A stretch of DNA of 62,165 bases, filler included, from Vannella sp. (taxonomy: Eukaryota), in NCBI GenBank assembly GCA_023345925.1. It is 6 parts of 6 records of this genome, joined end to end, with 100 filler letters (N's around TTAATTAATTAA, not from the genome) between each part and the next. Parts side by side here need not be neighbours in the genome. Positions count along the whole stretch, not along the records: positions 20,663 to 27,169 come from JAJQQN010000384.1; positions 27,270 to 34,062 come from JAJQQN010001392.1; positions 34,163 to 41,519 come from JAJQQN010000428.1; 3 more parts are not named here. One strand, written 5' to 3'. The notes under the pieces are model-generated. The model ran no database searches and had not been told where the DNA came from. It was given only the letters and a program-made list of their open reading frames with translations. A program made the position numbers and the translations under genes. Below, piece by piece: positions 22,600-34,720 of the stretch (its first letter is position 1; each line of letters starts with the position of its first letter).

Positions 22600-24192
22600 T
22601 TAGTTAGTGAATGGAGTGTTCTTGATGAAGCGGCTAATCAGATCGTACGCTGCGCGGGGCTGGTCTGCGGGCAGGATGTGTCCTGCGTTACGAACAACCG
22701 CCTGTGTGAACTCTCCGGTCTGGCGGACGTAGCCAGCAACCTGCTGGTCGCTGGGGAGCACCTTCCAGATGATCTTCTTGGCCGCCAAGAAAGCGTTGTG
22801 ACCAGGCCACACGAGCGTGCGTAGGAAGTTCTCGCACATGGCAGGACCTAAGATGATGTCGTTCTGCCCGTTGTAGATGAGCACCTTGTAGTTGATGAGG
22901 AGCGGGGGCAGCTTGCTTCGGACAGACTTGAACCAGTCCGGGATAAGGAAGGCTTCCACCGTGGAGTTGCCGTCGTTGTACGCCAGCTTACCCACGTGAA
23001 TGGAGTTGCGAGTAGTGTCGAGGTTGAGGAAGTCCTGATAGGGATTGGAAGGATACGCGGGAGTGAGGAAGTTGAAATAGCTCGTGAGGCCTGTCACGTT
23101 GAAGTAGTAGCTGGCATAAGGGTAGTAGTCCGCGTTGAGGTACTCATCAAAGACGAAGAAGGCCTCTGAGTACTTTTCTTGCAAGATCAAGGACTCTGTA
23201 GGCCCGATCAGACTCATTGAACGGGGAGGAAGGGCCTGGATCCTTACCCATCTTGTTCTCATACACGCGACCTTGAGCAACCTCTTGCTCGTCCATGAGG
23301 CCCATCTGGAACATGAGATCGGCGTAGCCTTGGGTCTGGGTGAGTGGATCCATCATTCCATCGCCAATGGAGAGGCCGACGAGGTTGATGCGAGCATTGG
23401 AGGCATCCATGTTCATTGTGTGGATCTTGTAGCCGAAGGAGGGAATGTACTTGCCCGCGTACGACTCTCCAGTGATGTAGAAGTCGTTGTCAGCGAGGTT
23501 TGGGAACAGCTGGAAGAACTGGGTCATGCAGCTGTACAAGTTATCAGCTACTTGTGACTCGTTCACCACGTAACCTCGCTTGCTCTGCGTAAAGCTGAAG
23601 CCCTAAGGAACCAAGATCAGTCAAGAGGGAGAATCAGCAGATTGTGGACTCCTTACTGCTCCAACAGGGTTGTCGATGTAGACAACAGAGAACTCCTTAG
23701 CCCAGGTGTAGTTGTTGGCCACAAGATCAGGGAAGTTCTTGGTGGCGACGTAGAATGGCCCGTTCTCGTTGAACAAGCCGAACATGGAGGCTCCTCCAGG
23801 CCCACCTTGAAGCCTGGAGACAGAGGGTCATTAGGAGACTATCTTGCTGATTGGGGTAGAGAGATGGAGCGCAACAAACCACAAAAGAAGCGGGGCAGTG
23901 TCAGCTTTCCCGTTCTGAGCAGGGAAGTACCAGAAGAACATGTTGCTGTTGTAACGAGCATCCACTGTGAAGAAGCCTGAATAGGAGTCGTATGGATAGT
24001 CCAAGTTGGTCACCTGCTGAAGGTAAACAAGAGCCCTTTGCCAAAGTTCATTGAGCGGCTCACTTTTGTGGCGTTTTGGCCTGCCAAGTAGTCATTGGGA
24101 AGATAAGGAGTTGCATACACCTCAGGATTGATGGGTACCCCCCAAGAGAGACCTATCAGCAGCCCCAGCACCACCAGAAGAGAGGTGGTCAT
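22600..24192 (-). CDS. Serine carboxypeptidase, family S10 (CPVL-like), multi-exon
   Basis: Signal peptide; NMFFWYFPA; WLQGGPGGASM; GESYAGKYIP; YNGQND; VRNAGHILP. Confidence 0.95.
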
Positions 24193-24263
24193 GCGGAAAG
24201 GCCGAGGAGGAAATGGGTCGAGGAGGCTTCACTCGTCGAGTAGCTTTATTCCAGCATTAGAGC

Positions 24264-25482
24264 TTACTTCATGCCGAGCATGGTGACCTCGAACTGCAGA
24301 GCAGAGTTGGCGGGGATGTCGCCCATCTTCTGGCTTCCGTAGGCTTGGCCAGCGGGGATGGAAAGCTTTCGCTTCTCGTTGAGGAGCATTCCTTCAACAC
24401 CAGCGTCCATGCCCTTGATGACCTCGCCCTTGCCAAGCTTGAAGCTGAACTTGCCAGCATCGAACTGCTTGCCGTTTGTCAGCTTGCCGACGTATCGGAC
24501 GGTGACCTTCTGGCCCTTCTGGGCGGTTTGGGAGCCTTGTCCGGGTGTGAGGATCTCAGCAACGGTTCCTCCCTTCAGATTCTGGATGCGAGTCTGCTTG
24601 GGGGACGCGTTGGGGGCCTTCTTGGGGGTCTCGGGCTTCTTGGGGGTCTCAGGCTTGGCAGCTTGCTTGGGGGACTTGGCCTCTGGCTTGGTGGGAGTCT
24701 GAGCCTTCTGGTCCTTCTTGGAGGCAGGAGTGGGAGTGGAAGGAGCTTCTGTCTTTTGCTTCTTCTTGGCGGGGGAAGGGCTGGCAGCAGGAGCTTCCTT
24801 GCGCTTCAGGTTGGCGGCCGCGGCAGCCTGCTTTTGGCGGACCTTATCCAAGATGGATTCCTCAGCATCCTGGATCTCCTGGATGCGGGGCTCCTCATCA
24901 GAGTCATCAGAATCATCGATCATGTCATCATCGGGATCAACGCTGCTGGGGTCGAAGGTGTCGTCCTCAGAGTCCTCCTCGAACATGCCCATGCGCTCCA
25001 TCATGGCCTCCTCGTCATCGTCATCCTCGTTATCGTCGGCTACATAGTAACCAGAGAGGTGAAGGGATCCGCTTCCGGTGACACTGAAGGACACGGGCTC
25101 GCCTTCGTCAACGACCAGATCAAGTTGGACGTTCTCGAACTTGCCAGCGGTGAGGGTGGCAATGGGAGAAGTGCGTGGCTCCTCTTCAATGAAGTCCTCG
25201 TGAGTCATAACCAGGAAGACACGTTCTCCAGCCTTGGCGTCTTTGCCCAAAACAACCTGATCAAGGATCAACCGACAATGAGTCTCACAGATCAACCCAA
25301 TCAACTTCTAGTTGCAACGAAAGCACCTACGCTTGTGATACGGAGGTCAAATGGAGCTTCCAATGAAAGAGGGGTCGCGGCAGAAACAGTTCCAGCTATT
25401 CCTCACGTTAGTCTCCAGTCCGATCAATACAAGACTCCGATCAAAGAAGGGTCTGGAGAAGGAAAAACGTACTCCAAAGCAT
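24264..25482 (-). CDS. Nucleoplasmin-domain FKBP peptidyl-prolyl isomerase (Fpr3/Fpr4/FKBP53-like)
   Basis: NPL domain (LHLSGY), acidic and Lys-rich linkers, C-terminal FKBP (VRYVGKLTNGKQFD, GEVIKG, IPANSALQFEV). Two 5' introns. Confidence 0.93.
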
Positions 25483-25643
25483 CTTCAAGTGCACGAGGTC
25501 TCCAAAGAATGGCTTTCTCAAACAAGACAACCAGCCAATCACAAAAGGCTGAACAAAATTGGTCCTTTCCTGATGATCCGAGATAGCAAAGGTTCCACCA
25601 TTATAAATCAGAGTGTTTGATTGATTATTTTTTGTTGGCGCGG

Positions 25644-26726
25644 ATGGCTCTGCTTCCTCTAAGGACCAATGCTTGGTCTCTCTGTACGAGGCAGTCATCG
25701 TTCTCTGCTTTGCGAAACTTTGCTACTGCTGTGAAGGTAGAGAAACCTGTGGTTGGGCAGCAATCCCAGCCTGTGGATACTCAGGCGAAGACTACATCCC
25801 CCAAGCTTGCCCCGCAGGATCGAAAAACAGCGTTGGACGCTTTCTTCGGTCCTATTCAAAGAGTTTTTGCTAGAGTAAGTGGATAGCTCTCATCATGTAG
25901 TCTGGCAGGAGCTTACTCAAGTGCTTAGTTGAATCCTGTGAAGAGGTTGGGGCCCTCAGACCTTGTGGTGCTTCAGTACGCGAACGGGAAGACCAGAAAC
26001 CTTTCCCACGGGATCAACTTCCATAGCCCTTTGGCTTACGTCGTGTTTCGTGGCAATCTGGTGTACAACCGGGTAGAATTAGACGCCCGCCCGTATCTGA
26101 CTCAAGACTGCGTCAGTGTGTTGCTGAGTGCACAGTTCGTGTTCACAGTCAAGGAGTTAGATGATCTGGGGAAACTTAAATCAGATCTGAACAGCTGGCT
26201 CCGCCACCAGGCGCAGCTCCTTGTTGGTCGTCGCATCAGGGACGTCTCCTTGGATCGGCTGTTCTGTGCCACAAATCAGGTTGAAGAAGACATCAGAGCA
26301 GAGCTCGGTGAGCTGACTAAGGCGTATGGACTGGAGTGCCAGTCTGTCTTCTTCAATCAGATGGTCCCGCCCCCGGATGTCCTGGGAGAATTCGAGAGTT
26401 TAGCCCGTACCAAGCTTGCTTCTGAGGAGCAGAGAGAGTCAATGGAGGCTTCATATCGACTGAAGCGCCAGTTAATGGAGGAGCACAACACTTTCACGAT
26501 CACAGAGACCAAAAGGATGACGGAGGCTTACGGAGCTATCCTCGGTAGCCTTGCTGTTCACTTTGAAACAGAAGGAGGGTGCAAAGCTGCTCAAGCATTA
26601 TCAAACCCGAACTTCTTAGCTCCCCTTCATCTCATGAGGAAGGAGATGGCTCACATTGGCGAGGAGATGGCTCCCACAGCCGAGGATCCCTCCCACACGA
26701 CATTCAACACAACCTCAGAGCTATAA
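25644..26726 (+). CDS. SPFH/band-7 domain protein with mitochondrial-type leader
   Basis: Y.TQD.VSV..., SLDRLF, YGLECQSV...MVPPPDV, then coiled coil. Intron near 25876-25928. Confidence 0.7.
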
Positions 26727-27169
26727 ACGCAATAACTTAACAGCTTTCATCGCCCAATGCGCCATACTCCCCGTGAGCTACTCAACTCTCGACCGAAAAG
26801 GAGACTCCTCAATCATGGCTGTGTTTGTCATGCCAGTCTTGCCCCACATCGGTCCGGGCTTCGTGAAATTGGGGGTTTACGAAGCCCTGACCCCCAGAAT
26901 CCCCCAGTTTCACGAAGTCCGCAACGGTCTGATCCAGAAAATGGGCAATCTCGCCGTTTGTGACTTTCAAGAGACGATGAATTGATCAGCGAAGTCGACC
27001 CCCGATGGGGAGAAGGTCAAGGCTCACCTCTCAGCCAGCCGAATGGACAGATTGGGTTCACGCCTGAAGCTCTGCTAACTTAAGACCAGAGGAAGAGCTC
27101 AGCCTTTCCATCGCCTTGTATGCCAAAGAGTATCCACAAGGAAGAGGAAGGAGTTTGGTTAAAGACGTT

Positions 27170-27269
27170 NNNNNNNNNNNNNNNNNNNNNNNNNNNNNNN
27201 NNNNNNNNNNNNNTTAATTAATTAANNNNNNNNNNNNNNNNNNNNNNNNNNNNNNNNNNNNNNNNNNNN
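27170..27269. other. Artificial contig linker
   Basis: N44-TTAATTAATTAA-N44. Confidence 0.99.
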
Positions 27270-27468
27270 TGTGCGATTGCGAGAGTGCAGAAGACATGGC
27301 TGCCTTCTTGCAAGAGCTGGGATTGCAGCACATCACCGTCGACCTCATCCAGCAGATTGGTGTCCTTGGCAGAGGAGCTTTGCTTTTCTTGGCGACCCAG
27401 GAGCTTCATCTGGAGACCACTGCCCAAAAGGCGCTTTTGAACAAAGCCCGCATGGAGCACCGCAGAAG
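27270..27468 (+). CDS. Fragment of a SAM-like domain protein at contig start
   Basis: SAEDMAAFLQELGLQH...GRGALLFLATQEL, followed by a GTAACT donor. Confidence 0.35.
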
Positions 27469-28098
27469 GTAACTTTCCTCTTCACTCCCTTCCTTCCTTT
27501 CCCCTTTACTTCTTCCAATACATTCACACTCTACCATAAGTAAGAGATCAAACAAGCAGAGAGAGCTTGAGGTCCAGGGGGAGAAAAGGCAAAAGATAAG
27601 GGCTGACCTCTTGTCCGGCACTACTGTTTGACATTGGTACATCATGAGCAATCAGTGACTGTTCTAGACCAAGGAAAGGAACAACGTGATGTCAACAATG
27701 TAGCCTTAGCTTTCCCCTCCGGCACTTAGCGCGTATCTGGATCGAATTCTGTCACATGAAGTGAGCCATGATTTTAGTTCCCCCGCAGGGCGCCCATCTT
27801 TGGCTTAGGTTGCTTTTGGGAGGAGATGGAGATGGAGGGTCAAGGAGTTATGATTTGTGTAAGGCACATGCAGGTTTGGGCAGCAAGAGCCCCACGAACC
27901 GCTGCTTTGCTCTAGGATCGATAGTGAGCATTAGATGCTCCCCCGAATCAAGAGGGCTCCGAGCTCCACGAGGCGAATGCATACAAACCAGAGAGCAAGG
28001 GTGACTACCGCAAGATGTATAAGAGTATAAGACAAGCAGCGGCACAATACAGCTGTGATAGCACTTGCATGACCATTTGGGCGGGAAATGACATTATC

Positions 28099-28582
28099 AT
28101 GGCAGCCCCTCCGCGGACCAAGTTCATTGGGACCAGCTCCAGGCCATGCGAGAGCTTGCATCTCCTTCCCTGTGCGATAGAGTACGAAGGGCCGGCTCCA
28201 GTGAAAGACTACTTTGTGTCAGAGCCCTCATCACAGAACCCAGCCGTCCAAAAGCTGCATTTTCGCGGGCGGGAGCTTCTGGGGAGCCAGATTGAGCTTC
28301 CTGAAGGGTTCACCGGTGTGATTGGAACTCAAAGCGGTAACACCATCCAACTAAGCCACAACTTCAACACCTTTACCTCTTGGAACCGTGAAGTGACACC
28401 TTCCCATCGCGATCCCACCAGCAGATGGATGCAATGGACCCAAATCGCATCAGCTGTAAGCCTTCCCACTTCCCTTCCCTTCCCACCTCACAAACAGACA
28501 GATCCACAAGCCAACAAAGCCTCAAACTCACCCCAACCCTGAAGACCCCGTTCACGAGCCCCCAAAAGACCAAAGTTGTTAA
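28099..28582 (+). CDS. RNASEH2C: Ribonuclease H2 subunit C
   Basis: LHLLPCAIEYEGPAPVKDYF; FRGRELLG; LPEGFTG; FTSWN. Intron 28456-28501. Confidence 0.9.
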
Positions 28583-28639
28583 AAATAGGCGAATTTAATT
28601 AAATTGTTTAAACCAAACAATTTCAGCTTTTCTTGTTGG

Positions 28640-29725
28640 ATGTCAGCCGACCACCTCTTCCTCTCGGTGCCTGGGGCGACGCCTCCTGTCTGCAAGATCC
28701 ATCCTTTGGTGGTGTTCTCTGTCTTAGATCATCATAACCGTCGTCAGGATGGTCAGTACTCGGTGATTGGAGCCCTTTTGGGGGCTCGGCAGGAGGGGGT
28801 CTTGGAGGTCCGCTCGGCGATCCCTGTGCCTTACTCGGAGGAGGAGGGAGAAGGCGACCTTCAAGTGAATATGGAGTTCTATCGCACCATGTTTGGTCTA
28901 CACAGTCGCACCAACCCCGACGAGATCCTTCTTGGCTGGTGAGTTAAGGGCGGGGCTGATCTGGTCTTCCCTTTCTTACCAGAAGCTTCTCTGGCAGGTA
29001 TGCCAGCGTGTCTTACATTGATGCCAACTCAGTCGCTATTCACAAGTTCTTTGACGATGAGAAGGAGTCAGAAGAGCCACTGATTCACCTCACCGTAAGT
29101 TCTTTTCCCTTCTTTGTTCCTGGAAGAGATTCCTGAGTAGTGGGTGCGATCGTAGGTTGACTCAGAGGTGGGTGACGAGAGAATGAGCATCCAACCGTAC
29201 TTCTTGCGATCGTTGGGCACAAAGGAGGAGCAAAAGATGGGATTCCGCTTCGAGCCCCTTCCCTACCAACTGGAAGCCTCTGATCTTCAGAAGGGATCTC
29301 GTAGGAGTCTCCTTACATGCCCTAATCAACACCTCACACTCTATTACAGTGACAACTCTCCTCAAAACCAAGGACGAAGAAAGTATGACCTCCACGCTCA
29401 CCTCTGGCATTCAAGTGCTTCAAACAGACGTCCAGCAACTCAGTTCACTACTTGATGTGATCTCAACATACGTAGATGGCGTAGTGGTGCGTCCTTCCCT
29501 TCTAAATAGCAGATCTGACCCAGAAAGCAGGCCGGCACCAATCCCGCGGACAAACGAGTCGGACGCCTCCTTCTGAAGGTCCTTCGAGAGCTTCCACACA
29601 TCGAAACTGCCGAGTTCGAGCAGCTCTTCACCCGCAGCCTTCAAGACAAGCTGGCTCTCGTCTACCTCTTCGATCTCACCCGCTCTCAGCTTGCCCTTGC
29701 CGAGCGCCTTCAATCCAGTGTGTAG
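28640..29725 (+). CDS. EIF3F: Translation initiation factor eIF3 subunit f (MPN domain), multi-exon
   Basis: IHPLVVFSVLDHH; VIGALLG; ILLGWY; LIHLTVD; QDKLALVYLFDLTRSQLALAERL*. Confidence 0.88.
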
Positions 29726-29835
29726 AGCTCTCTGTATACCTTCTACACGTCCCCTGGCTCCCTTCCTTCTCTTCCAACCTCCCTCGCCCGCCATAAACTC
29801 GAGAGCGACGAGGAAAGTCATTTTCTTGGAAGACC

Positions 29836-31242
29836 ATGGGCTTGGCGGACGAGGACATTGACGGGATGGGGCTGAAAGACCTCAAAGCCTTCTTAACGGA
29901 GAGGAGGGTGGACTACAGCGGCTGCTTGGAGAAGAGCGAGATCGTGGCGTTGGTCAGGAAGCACCGAGACGCTCCTATTCCCCCTCCCGTGGCCGCAGCA
30001 GCTCCCAAGGCGGAACCCGCTTATCAAGCTCGCCCACAAGAGAGCTATACACCACCACAACCAACTGGACCCGTATCTCCAGAGATGGACTTCAACAAGG
30101 AGAAGAAGAAGAGGACGGGGCCTCCTCCTGGTTTCCATGGAAAGCAGGGAGCACCAGGAGCCCCTTTGGACAGAGCGTACTACGATATCCTTGAGGTTGA
30201 TTCTGATGCTACGCCTGCAGCTATCAAGAAAGCCTACTACAAGAAGGCCATGATCTTCCACCCCGACAAGAACCCTTCTCCCGAGGCGGAGGTGAAGTTC
30301 AAGGAGATCAGTGAGGCGTACCAAGTGCTCTCAGACGAGGACAGTCGTGCCAACTACGACCGCTTTGGCAAGGAGGGGCTGGAGCCCGCAGGAGGCTTCG
30401 TTGACCCAAGTCTCTTCTTCTCTTTGTTGTTTGGCGGTGGCAAGTTTGAGGAGTTCATGGGCACTCTGGGACTTAGCTCAGCACTTGGTAACATGGATGA
30501 AGAGGGTGGTGGAGGGTTGTCAGGCTTCCAGGACACCGAGAACGACCCAGCAAGGAAGGAGCGCATTGACATGGTAACTTTGAAGCTGCGGGAGCGTCTG
30601 CAGAGATGGAGAGCGGAGCCCAAGTTCTTTGAAGACCTTGCTAATGAGCTAGTGGAAGAGAGCTACGGAATGCAGCTGCTGGGGACGATAGGATACGTCT
30701 ATGAGAAGAAGGCGAGCACTTTCATTGGCAGCCAGAAGTTCCTGGGCATCCCTGGCTTCTTCTCGAAGATCGGTGATAAGGCGCACATAGCCAAAGATGC
30801 TATCTCAGTGCTTTCAGCAGGATTGGAAGCCTCTTCTCGAGCCAACGAGATCCAAGCGATGGAGGAGAGAGGCGAACTTGATGGGGGAATGACACCGGAA
30901 GCGCGTGCGCAGATGGAAGCTGACACAGTGAAGAAGACTTTCCATGCGATTTGGTGTGTGAACAAGCTGGACATTGAGCACGTCATCCGAACAGCTTGCG
31001 AGAACATCTTGATGGAAGAAGCCGTCCCACTCAAACAGCGAGTGGAGCTCGCTAAGGAGCTTCAACAGCTCGGTAACCTCTTCATGCGCATCAGCAAAAG
31101 GAAGCAACAAGAGATCCTTGCCGAAGAGCGCCGCCTCCAAAAGGACGAAAAGGTGCGGAAGAGAATGGAGGTTGAGGATTCTCGACACGCTGCGGCTGCT
31201 ACAGCTGCTGGAAAGGCTGCCTTCACTGCCCCGAAGAACTAA
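29836..31242 (+). CDS. DnaJ protein with DNAJ-X domain (Djp1/Caj1-like) and an N-terminal SAP-like motif
   Basis: YYDILEV...HPDKNP; FSLLFGGGKF; ESYGMQLLGTIGYVY; N-terminal LKDLKAFL....GCLEKSEIV. Confidence 0.93.
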   Translation: MGLADEDIDGMGLKDLKAFLTERRVDYSGCLEKSEIVALVRKHRDAPIPPPVAAAAPKAEPAYQARPQESYTPPQPTGPVSPEMDFNKEKKKRTGPPPGFHGKQGAPGAPLDRAYYDILEVDSDATPAAIKKAYYKKAMIFHPDKNPSPEAEVKFKEISEAYQVLSDEDSRANYDRFGKEGLEPAGGFVDPSLFFSLLFGGGKFEEFMGTLGLSSALGNMDEEGGGGLSGFQDTENDPARKERIDMVTLKLRERLQRWRAEPKFFEDLANELVEESYGMQLLGTIGYVYEKKASTFIGSQKFLGIPGFFSKIGDKAHIAKDAISVLSAGLEASSRANEIQAMEERGELDGGMTPEARAQMEADTVKKTFHAIWCVNKLDIEHVIRTACENILMEEAVPLKQRVELAKELQQLGNLFMRISKRKQQEILAEERRLQKDEKVRKRMEVEDSRHAAAATAAGKAAFTAPKN

Positions 31243-31263
31243 ACCCTTCTAGTATAACGTTGT

Positions 31264-32498
31264 TTACTTCCTGCGCTTAGGAGGAGGCGATCGAGCCTCG
31301 CCCTCGCGGGAGGGACGAACCGGCGCGGCCCATCCGGCTGACTTGTCTGTGGTGTCCTGGTCCGCCAAGTGAGTGTACTTGGTTCGGCCAGCACGTCCAA
31401 AGTTCTTGACTTGCATGACTTTGGGTAACAGAGTGATGTCGAGCTTGTCCTCGCGAGTGGGAGCCGTAAAGTCCCTCTCCTTGATTTCATCGTCCAGGTA
31501 GAAGGCTCCTTTGTGGTAATACTTTTGCATGAAGCGCATCTGTTTCTTCTCCTTCTTACGCACTTCCTTGCTCCCTGCAGCGTCTTCCAGTCGCTGCATT
31601 ACCTCCGGATGGCTCTCCTTGAAGGCTGCCACCAGCCGGGCGATTTCTCGTCCCTTCCACTTGTTGTACTCTTCCTTAGGGTCTCCTTCTTCATCAGAGA
31701 GGTCTCCAGGCCGGTTCTGCTCCTCCTCAACAAGGACAACGGCCTCTTTCAAGAAGGACTTGGTCTCGGCTGTCCGTTCCTCCTGTTTGGCGATTTCTGC
31801 CAGTCTCTCTGCTTCTGCTGCTTCAGCCTCGTCGATAACCTCTTTCACAGTCACACGCTCCTTCTTTAAGACGAACACAGGTGCATGGGCTCGCAGGTTC
31901 TCTCTGTAAGCGTTAAACTCTTCTTCTTCAGCGTCTGAGTCCGTTTCCCACTCGCTTGACTCTTCTCCAGGGTCCTGCGACGTGTTTGATAGCAGGGGTT
32001 TACTTGTACTCTCCTCTTGCGACGTGATTCGGGCTCGGATGAGCTGCCGACGTTGCGCTTGCTCCTCATCGCTTTCCTCGTCCTCTGATAACCCCACAAT
32101 CCCTACTCGGCTGGGTTAGCTCTCCCTATGAATGTATGCCACGTACTATCATCATCGTCACCATCTCCCAAGAGCTGAGGGGTAACAAGACTCCTCGTGC
32201 GGATGTGAACTTCTTCATCTTCTTCAGGTTGCCTGGCGGGTGAAGTGCGATCGTTTGGTGGTTGAGGTCTGGATTCTTCTTCCCCCTCTTCCCATCGTGA
32301 ACTTGCGGGTCTGCGCCCAGAGCGACGCTCATCCGCCATTCGGAGCTGCTCGGGAAGGCGTCCCAACGACAGCTCCTTTCGGTTCTCCAATGCAGCTTCT
32401 GACTCACTAACAAGATCCTTCGCATGCGCTGGAATGTAGCCCGCCCTGTATCGCGCCACCTTCGGGCCTGGAGGCTTCCCCGTGTTCCCTTTCGGCAT
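31264..32498 (-). CDS. MFAP1: Microfibrillar-associated protein 1 (spliceosomal Spp381/MFAP1)
   Basis: [50 protein letters not shown]. One intron near 32100-32145. Confidence 0.95.
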
Positions 32499-32799
32499 GC
32501 GGGAAGGAAATGCGTTTTCCTGCATTTCCCTTGAAGGGACTCCTGGTTTAATTCTCACCCCTTTTGGATTTCATTGCTGGAGGAGATGGAAAGGAATCAT
32601 TAGGAAGGCTCCTTTTGGCTCCAGAGTGGGAGAGAGTGGGGTCATTGAGGAGTGTCTGGTTCTTTTTGTGAGAATCTCGGTTGGAGACTCACAGTATAGC
32701 TTACTGTGAGGCGTTTACAAACAGCGTTGGCATTTGAGAGCAATTCAACACACTCTTCAAACCCACCGGACAAAGCCAGATCCAAAGCTGTCTTCAGAA

Positions 32800-33638
32800 A
32801 TCGTCAGTAAATGTGAATCCTGTCTCGTTGGTGCTTTACCTCCTAGAGAACACTGTTTGATAAATACTGTAAGAGTAAGACCAACTCACTCTCTAGCGCC
32901 TCCATGTTAATTGCAATGGACTCTTCTTGGTCTCTTATGAAGTGAGTAGGTCTCTTACCGGCTAAAACGGGAACCCAGTGAGACCACCTCAAAGGAAAAC
33001 ATCTTTCTGATTCATGGAGACTTACTGCTGTTACGTCGATGGATCGACAGGATAGCAAAAATCTCACTGTTGATGTCCAGCCTTTGCTTGAGGCATACAT
33101 TAGAGCGTTCTATCAATGCTTTAGACTTAGGCGAGGTAGCGTGGCTGATCAACATACCCACTAAGGAGAAGGATCTAAGTAGCCGAGATCCAGGCTAACA
33201 GCGAACTCTTACCTTCTGCTGTAGCCATCAGAAGAAGGTTTCTCGTTAGAGTAATAGACTTGTGTGGACTCACTCCCTGGTGAAGGGTCCCAAACTTTAG
33301 AACATGAGAAGGAGATAGCGTTTCAACTCGAACTCACAGTCTAATCATTACTTTGTGTGAGGCGAGAAAGTCTTTCGGAATGAGAAACGCACCCAAACGT
33401 TGATCATCTCGGGATGGTCCAAGTAGTAGTGTTGGAGGTCTTCCAATTCTCCGGAAGTGAGCGCGTTCCAGTGAGATTCCCTCTTCTTCCTCTCTTGTCC
33501 CATCCATTCGGTCATCTTCGCCGCTCTCTCCCTCCTCAGAGCCAGCTCCCTTACTGACTCATCCTCTGATCGATTTCCCACTTCGCACGAGACGCTACTC
33601 TCTTGTCCATCCCTTCCCTGTTGCCCTTTCCCCTCCAT
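32800..33638 (-). CDS. Multi-exon hypothetical protein with an ankyrin-like repeat
   Basis: NALMYASSKGWTSTVRFLL ankyrin motif and several GT-AG introns. Exon structure and 3' end uncertain. Confidence 0.45.
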
Positions 33639-33890
33639 TTCCTCTTCTTACGCTCCCAAAGAGCCACAAAAAAGTAAACTTTTGGCCTTTCCCAGTTTGC
33701 TCTTTTGATATGAACAATGATTAATAAAGCGTTAATTGATAGAAGATGGCTTGATTGATCATTTTCTTGCCTCCCCCAAACGAGGGAAAAGTAGCCCTCT
33801 TAAATACATATAAAAAATTCATTTGGATCCGGGCCAGTCGAATTTAGAAGCAATTTCTACGGAGGCCAGCGGACGTGGTTTAGTGGGGCC

Positions 33891-34062
33891 ATGAACTCTC
33901 CCTTGATGGGGAGCCTTTGGGTTTTTGGTCGGACCGAAGCGGGCAAACTTGGTTCTCGCTCACACAAATATTCTTGTGAGCGAGACCAGCGACGGGGCCC
34001 TGGAGGGCCCGCGGCCGGTTCAGGTGGACGGGGATGCGGACGTTCCCTCGTTCTTGATGGGG
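33891..34062 (+). pseudogene. RCC1-repeat gene N-terminus, frameshifted and cut by contig end
   Basis: LWVFGRTEAGKLG continues as LAHTNILV..PRPV only after skipping one base. Confidence 0.4.
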
Positions 34063-34162
34063 NNNNNNNNNNNNNNNNNNNNNNNNNNNNNNNNNNNNNN
34101 NNNNNNTTAATTAATTAANNNNNNNNNNNNNNNNNNNNNNNNNNNNNNNNNNNNNNNNNNNN
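34063..34162. other. Artificial contig linker
   Basis: N44-TTAATTAATTAA-N44. Confidence 0.99.
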
Positions 34163-34720
34163 GTAGTGGAGCTGCCTGTCTCAGAATAGCTCCCAGATTT
34201 ACTGTCAGCAGAACTTGGTGTTTCTGAAGTAGTGGAGCTGCCTGTCTCAGAAGAGCTCCCAGTTTTACTGATAGCTGTACTTGGGGTTTCTGAAGTAGTG
34301 GAGCTGCCTGTCTCAGAAGAGCTCCGAGTATTACTAACTGCTGGACTTATGGTTTGGGAGGAAGTGGAGCTGCCTGTCTCAGAATAGCTCCCAGAATTAC
34401 TAACAGCTGGACTTTGGGTTTCTGACGTAGAGGAGCTGCCTGTCTCAGAAGAGCTCAGAGTTTTACTGACTGCTGGACTTTGGGTTTCTGACGTTGAGGA
34501 GCTGCCTGTTTCAGAAAAGCTTAGAGTTTTACCTTCTGGGGTTTCTGAGGAAGTGGAGCTGCGAGTCTCAGACGAGCTCCCAGAATTACTGACAGCTGGA
34601 CTTGGGGTTTATGAAGTAGTGGAGCTGCCTGTCTCAGAAGAGCTTCCAGAATTACTTATAGCTGGACTTCGGGTTTCTGATGAAGAGGAGCTGCCTGTCT
34701 CAGAAGAGCTTTGAGATTTA
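34163..34720 (-). repeat. About 60-bp coding tandem repeat (SSETGSSTTSETPSPAVSNSGS-like units)
   Basis: About nine copies of gagctgcctgtctcagaa at roughly 60-nt spacing. Confidence 0.9.

Noticed and set aside
24345..25586. 413-aa plus-strand ORF
   Set aside because: Antisense shadow of the codon-biased FKBP gene; low-complexity Leu/Gly sequence.
26757..27169. Short ORFs after the SPFH gene
   Set aside because: Interrupted by stops with no recognisable family; possibly a relic but unsupported.
34609..34611. Possible stop-codon reassignment suggested by an in-frame TAA
   Set aside because: TAA, TAG and TGA all terminate conserved genes here, and long ORFs contain no internal stops.
34163..34720. 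Regularly spaced repeat resembling a CRISPR array
   Set aside because: The intervening sequences are themselves homologous and encode a Ser/Thr stalk. The context is eukaryotic and there are no cas genes.
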